Assembly: GCA_963726245.1 (NCBI GenBank)
Contig: CAVSBT010000015.1
Span: 192,001 to 256,000, forward strand
Origin: an uncultured Chloroflexia bacterium
GTDB taxonomy: Bacteria > Chloroflexota > Dehalococcoidia > DSTF01 > JALHUB01
Direction of reading: 5' to 3'
DNA: 64,000 nucleotides
The notes under the pieces were generated by a model. The model was not told the origin of the DNA and made no database searches. It saw only the letters and a program-made list of their open reading frames with translations. Shown one piece after another: positions 63,640 to 64,000 of this stretch; positions within the stretch are counted from its first letter, which is position 1; each line of letters opens with the position of its first letter. A program made the translations under genes and the position numbers.

Positions 63640-64000
63640 GTGAAGAGGGTAATTGGCCTCGTCCTGGCCGGAGGCCAGGGGGACCGGCTCAGCGTCCTCT
63701 CGGAGGAGAGGGCTAAACCGGCCGTTGTCTTCGGCGGCCACTACCGCATCATCGATTTCTCGCTCAGCAACTGCGCCAACTCCGGGATCACCCGGGTAGG
63801 CGTCCTCACCCAGTACCGGCCCCGCTCCCTGAACCAGCACATCGCCATCGGCCGTCCCTGGGACCTGGACCGGCAGGGCGGCGGCGTAACCTTGCTCCAG
63901 CCCTACCTCGGTCGGGAAAGCTCTGATTGGTACCGCGGCACCGCCGACGCCGTTTACCAGAACCTCTACTACATCGAGGAGTCGCGCGCCGACCAGGTCC
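63640..64000 (+). CDS. glgC: Glucose-1-phosphate adenylyltransferase (runs off window end)
   Basis: Manual translation [54 protein letters not shown]. Confidence 0.9.
   Translation, partial: MKRVIGLVLAGGQGDRLSVLSEERAKPAVVFGGHYRIIDFSLSNCANSGITRVGVLTQYRPRSLNQHIAIGRPWDLDRQGGGVTLLQPYLGRESSDWYRGTADAVYQNLYYIEESRADQV

Overview
GC-rich bacterial chromosome segment. Gene content and style suggest Chloroflexota (Dehalococcoidia-like); this is an inference. Many core genes carry apparent 1-nt frameshifts, most likely sequencing/assembly indels. Contents: tandem ABC substrate-binding paralogs; tRNA-Pro; a CoA-transferase-GNAT fusion and a MenB/BadI-like hydrolase; a PyrR-attenuated pyrimidine cluster (pyrR-pyrB-pyrC-carA-GNAT-membrane protein-carB-pyrK ... 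pyrD) interrupted by an orphan DNA methyltransferase, a NYN protein and Mrp; an MMPL exporter; a Fur-linked Ni/Co uptake cluster (cbiMQO + PDGLE protein, NiCoT); glcDEF; korAB; a UGA-recoded SelW/Rdx selenoprotein; tRNA-Cys and tRNA-Leu; siroheme-dependent heme genes; and a treT-treT-glgC operon. The best candidate for an undescribed system is a compact c-di-GMP module at about 29.7-35.6 kb. In it, a c-di-GMP-I riboswitch precedes a FliA/WhiG-type sigma factor, and sigma28-like promoters sit before a membrane GGDEF gene and a multi-TM HD-GYP gene. Between those two genes lies an unannotated 32-aa hydrophobic peptide gene with a TetR-type operator and a structured 3' UTR. A divergent c-di-AMP (ydaO-like) riboswitch precedes the trehalose/glycogen operon, whose first TreT copy looks catalytically degenerate.
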